A program made the position numbers and the translations under genes. Below the pieces are notes generated by a model. That model was given only the letters and a program-made list of their open reading frames with translations, did no database searches and was not told where the DNA came from. A DNA stretch of 63,715 nt, counting the filler, from Dugesia japonica (lineage: Eukaryota): NCBI GenBank assembly GCA_001938525.1. It is 5 parts of 5 records of this genome, joined end to end, with 100 filler letters (N's around TTAATTAATTAA, not from the genome) between each part and the next. Parts side by side here need not be neighbours in the genome. Positions count along the whole stretch, not along the records: positions 52,877 to 63,715 come from MQRL01519336.1; 4 more parts are not named here. The stretch is one strand, 5' to 3'. This document shows, in pieces, positions 63,141 through 63,715 of this stretch (position 1 is the first letter of the stretch; every line of letters starts with the position of its first letter).

Positions 63141-63715
63141 ATAAATAAGACTTGCATGGAAAGAAGCGCATGTACAGGTAAATTATTTTGTTATTAGAAA
63201 TTATTAATTTGTACTATTAAAATCCAGTTTGCAATAAAGATCCAGATTGAAATTACTATGAAATGATTATACATAATGTAATGAATATGACTATATTTGT
63301 TTTATTGACAATAAATTTTGTGTTTTGATGTCTTTTGATTTTCTCATATATTCTTATATATGATATTCTTATTAATATTGCCCGAGACTTATTAATGTTA
63401 AAATTGCCCACAGAAATTAATGTTTCACTACTTAAAAATTTGAAAATTTTGGTTAATTTAGACAAGAAATCATAAAAATCAACTAATTTTAAAAAAAGCT
63501 ATTATTTTCGCTTAATTTAAACAAAAAAAAATTGCGCGTTATTTAAAACATACTGACATCATTTGCCCACGCACAAAATTTGAATTCTTAAGAAACAATA
63601 CTAAAAAAAGTGAGAAAAAAATCGAGCGGGGAAAAAATTGTGCCTCTGGAGGGGTGTATTCCATAACTTTCTTTACAAAATTTTCAAAGCATTTAGATTA
63701 ATTAATTATTTATTT

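Overview
Very AT-rich eukaryotic DNA, probably an invertebrate; the TE repertoire and a 58-nt intron are compatible with a planarian-like animal (inference only). Four identical 100-nt spacers (N44-TTAATTAATTAA-N44) cut the window into five segments that may not be physically linked. I see no intact host gene; the window is almost entirely decayed mobile elements. Segment 1: a degenerate Ty3/Gypsy element (3153-20983, minus strand). Its RT halves flank a near-complete Polinton/adintovirus-like provirus (MCP, Zn-finger-PLA2-integrase in one frame, ATPase, GGFL protein, penton, adenain, fibre-like, hairpin membrane protein, pPolB), and a solo LTR with an AAAC TSD interrupts its protease. The segment also holds a mariner relic and two more solo LTRs. 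Segment 2: a Penelope-like relic and a second, different Polinton (ATPase-INT-penton-MCP-protease). Segment 3: an R2/NeSL-type REL retrotransposon bracketed by a 129-bp direct repeat, a fragment of the second Polinton family, a Penelope-like GIY-YIG end with inverted pLTRs carrying hammerhead ribozymes, and an intron-containing pogo/Tigger. Segment 4: a large Gypsy-type element in which a chuvirus-glycoprotein-like C-terminus, an aspartic protease and four CCHC knuckles share one reading frame upstream of a second protease and pol. Segment 5: a Penelope-like element with three tandem hammerhead repeats, and two divergently oriented pPolB relics. The strongest novelty candidates are the env-in-gag, two-protease retroelement, the ~129-bp TSD, and the PLA2-integrase polyprotein. 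All family calls come from motif recognition by eye, not database searches.
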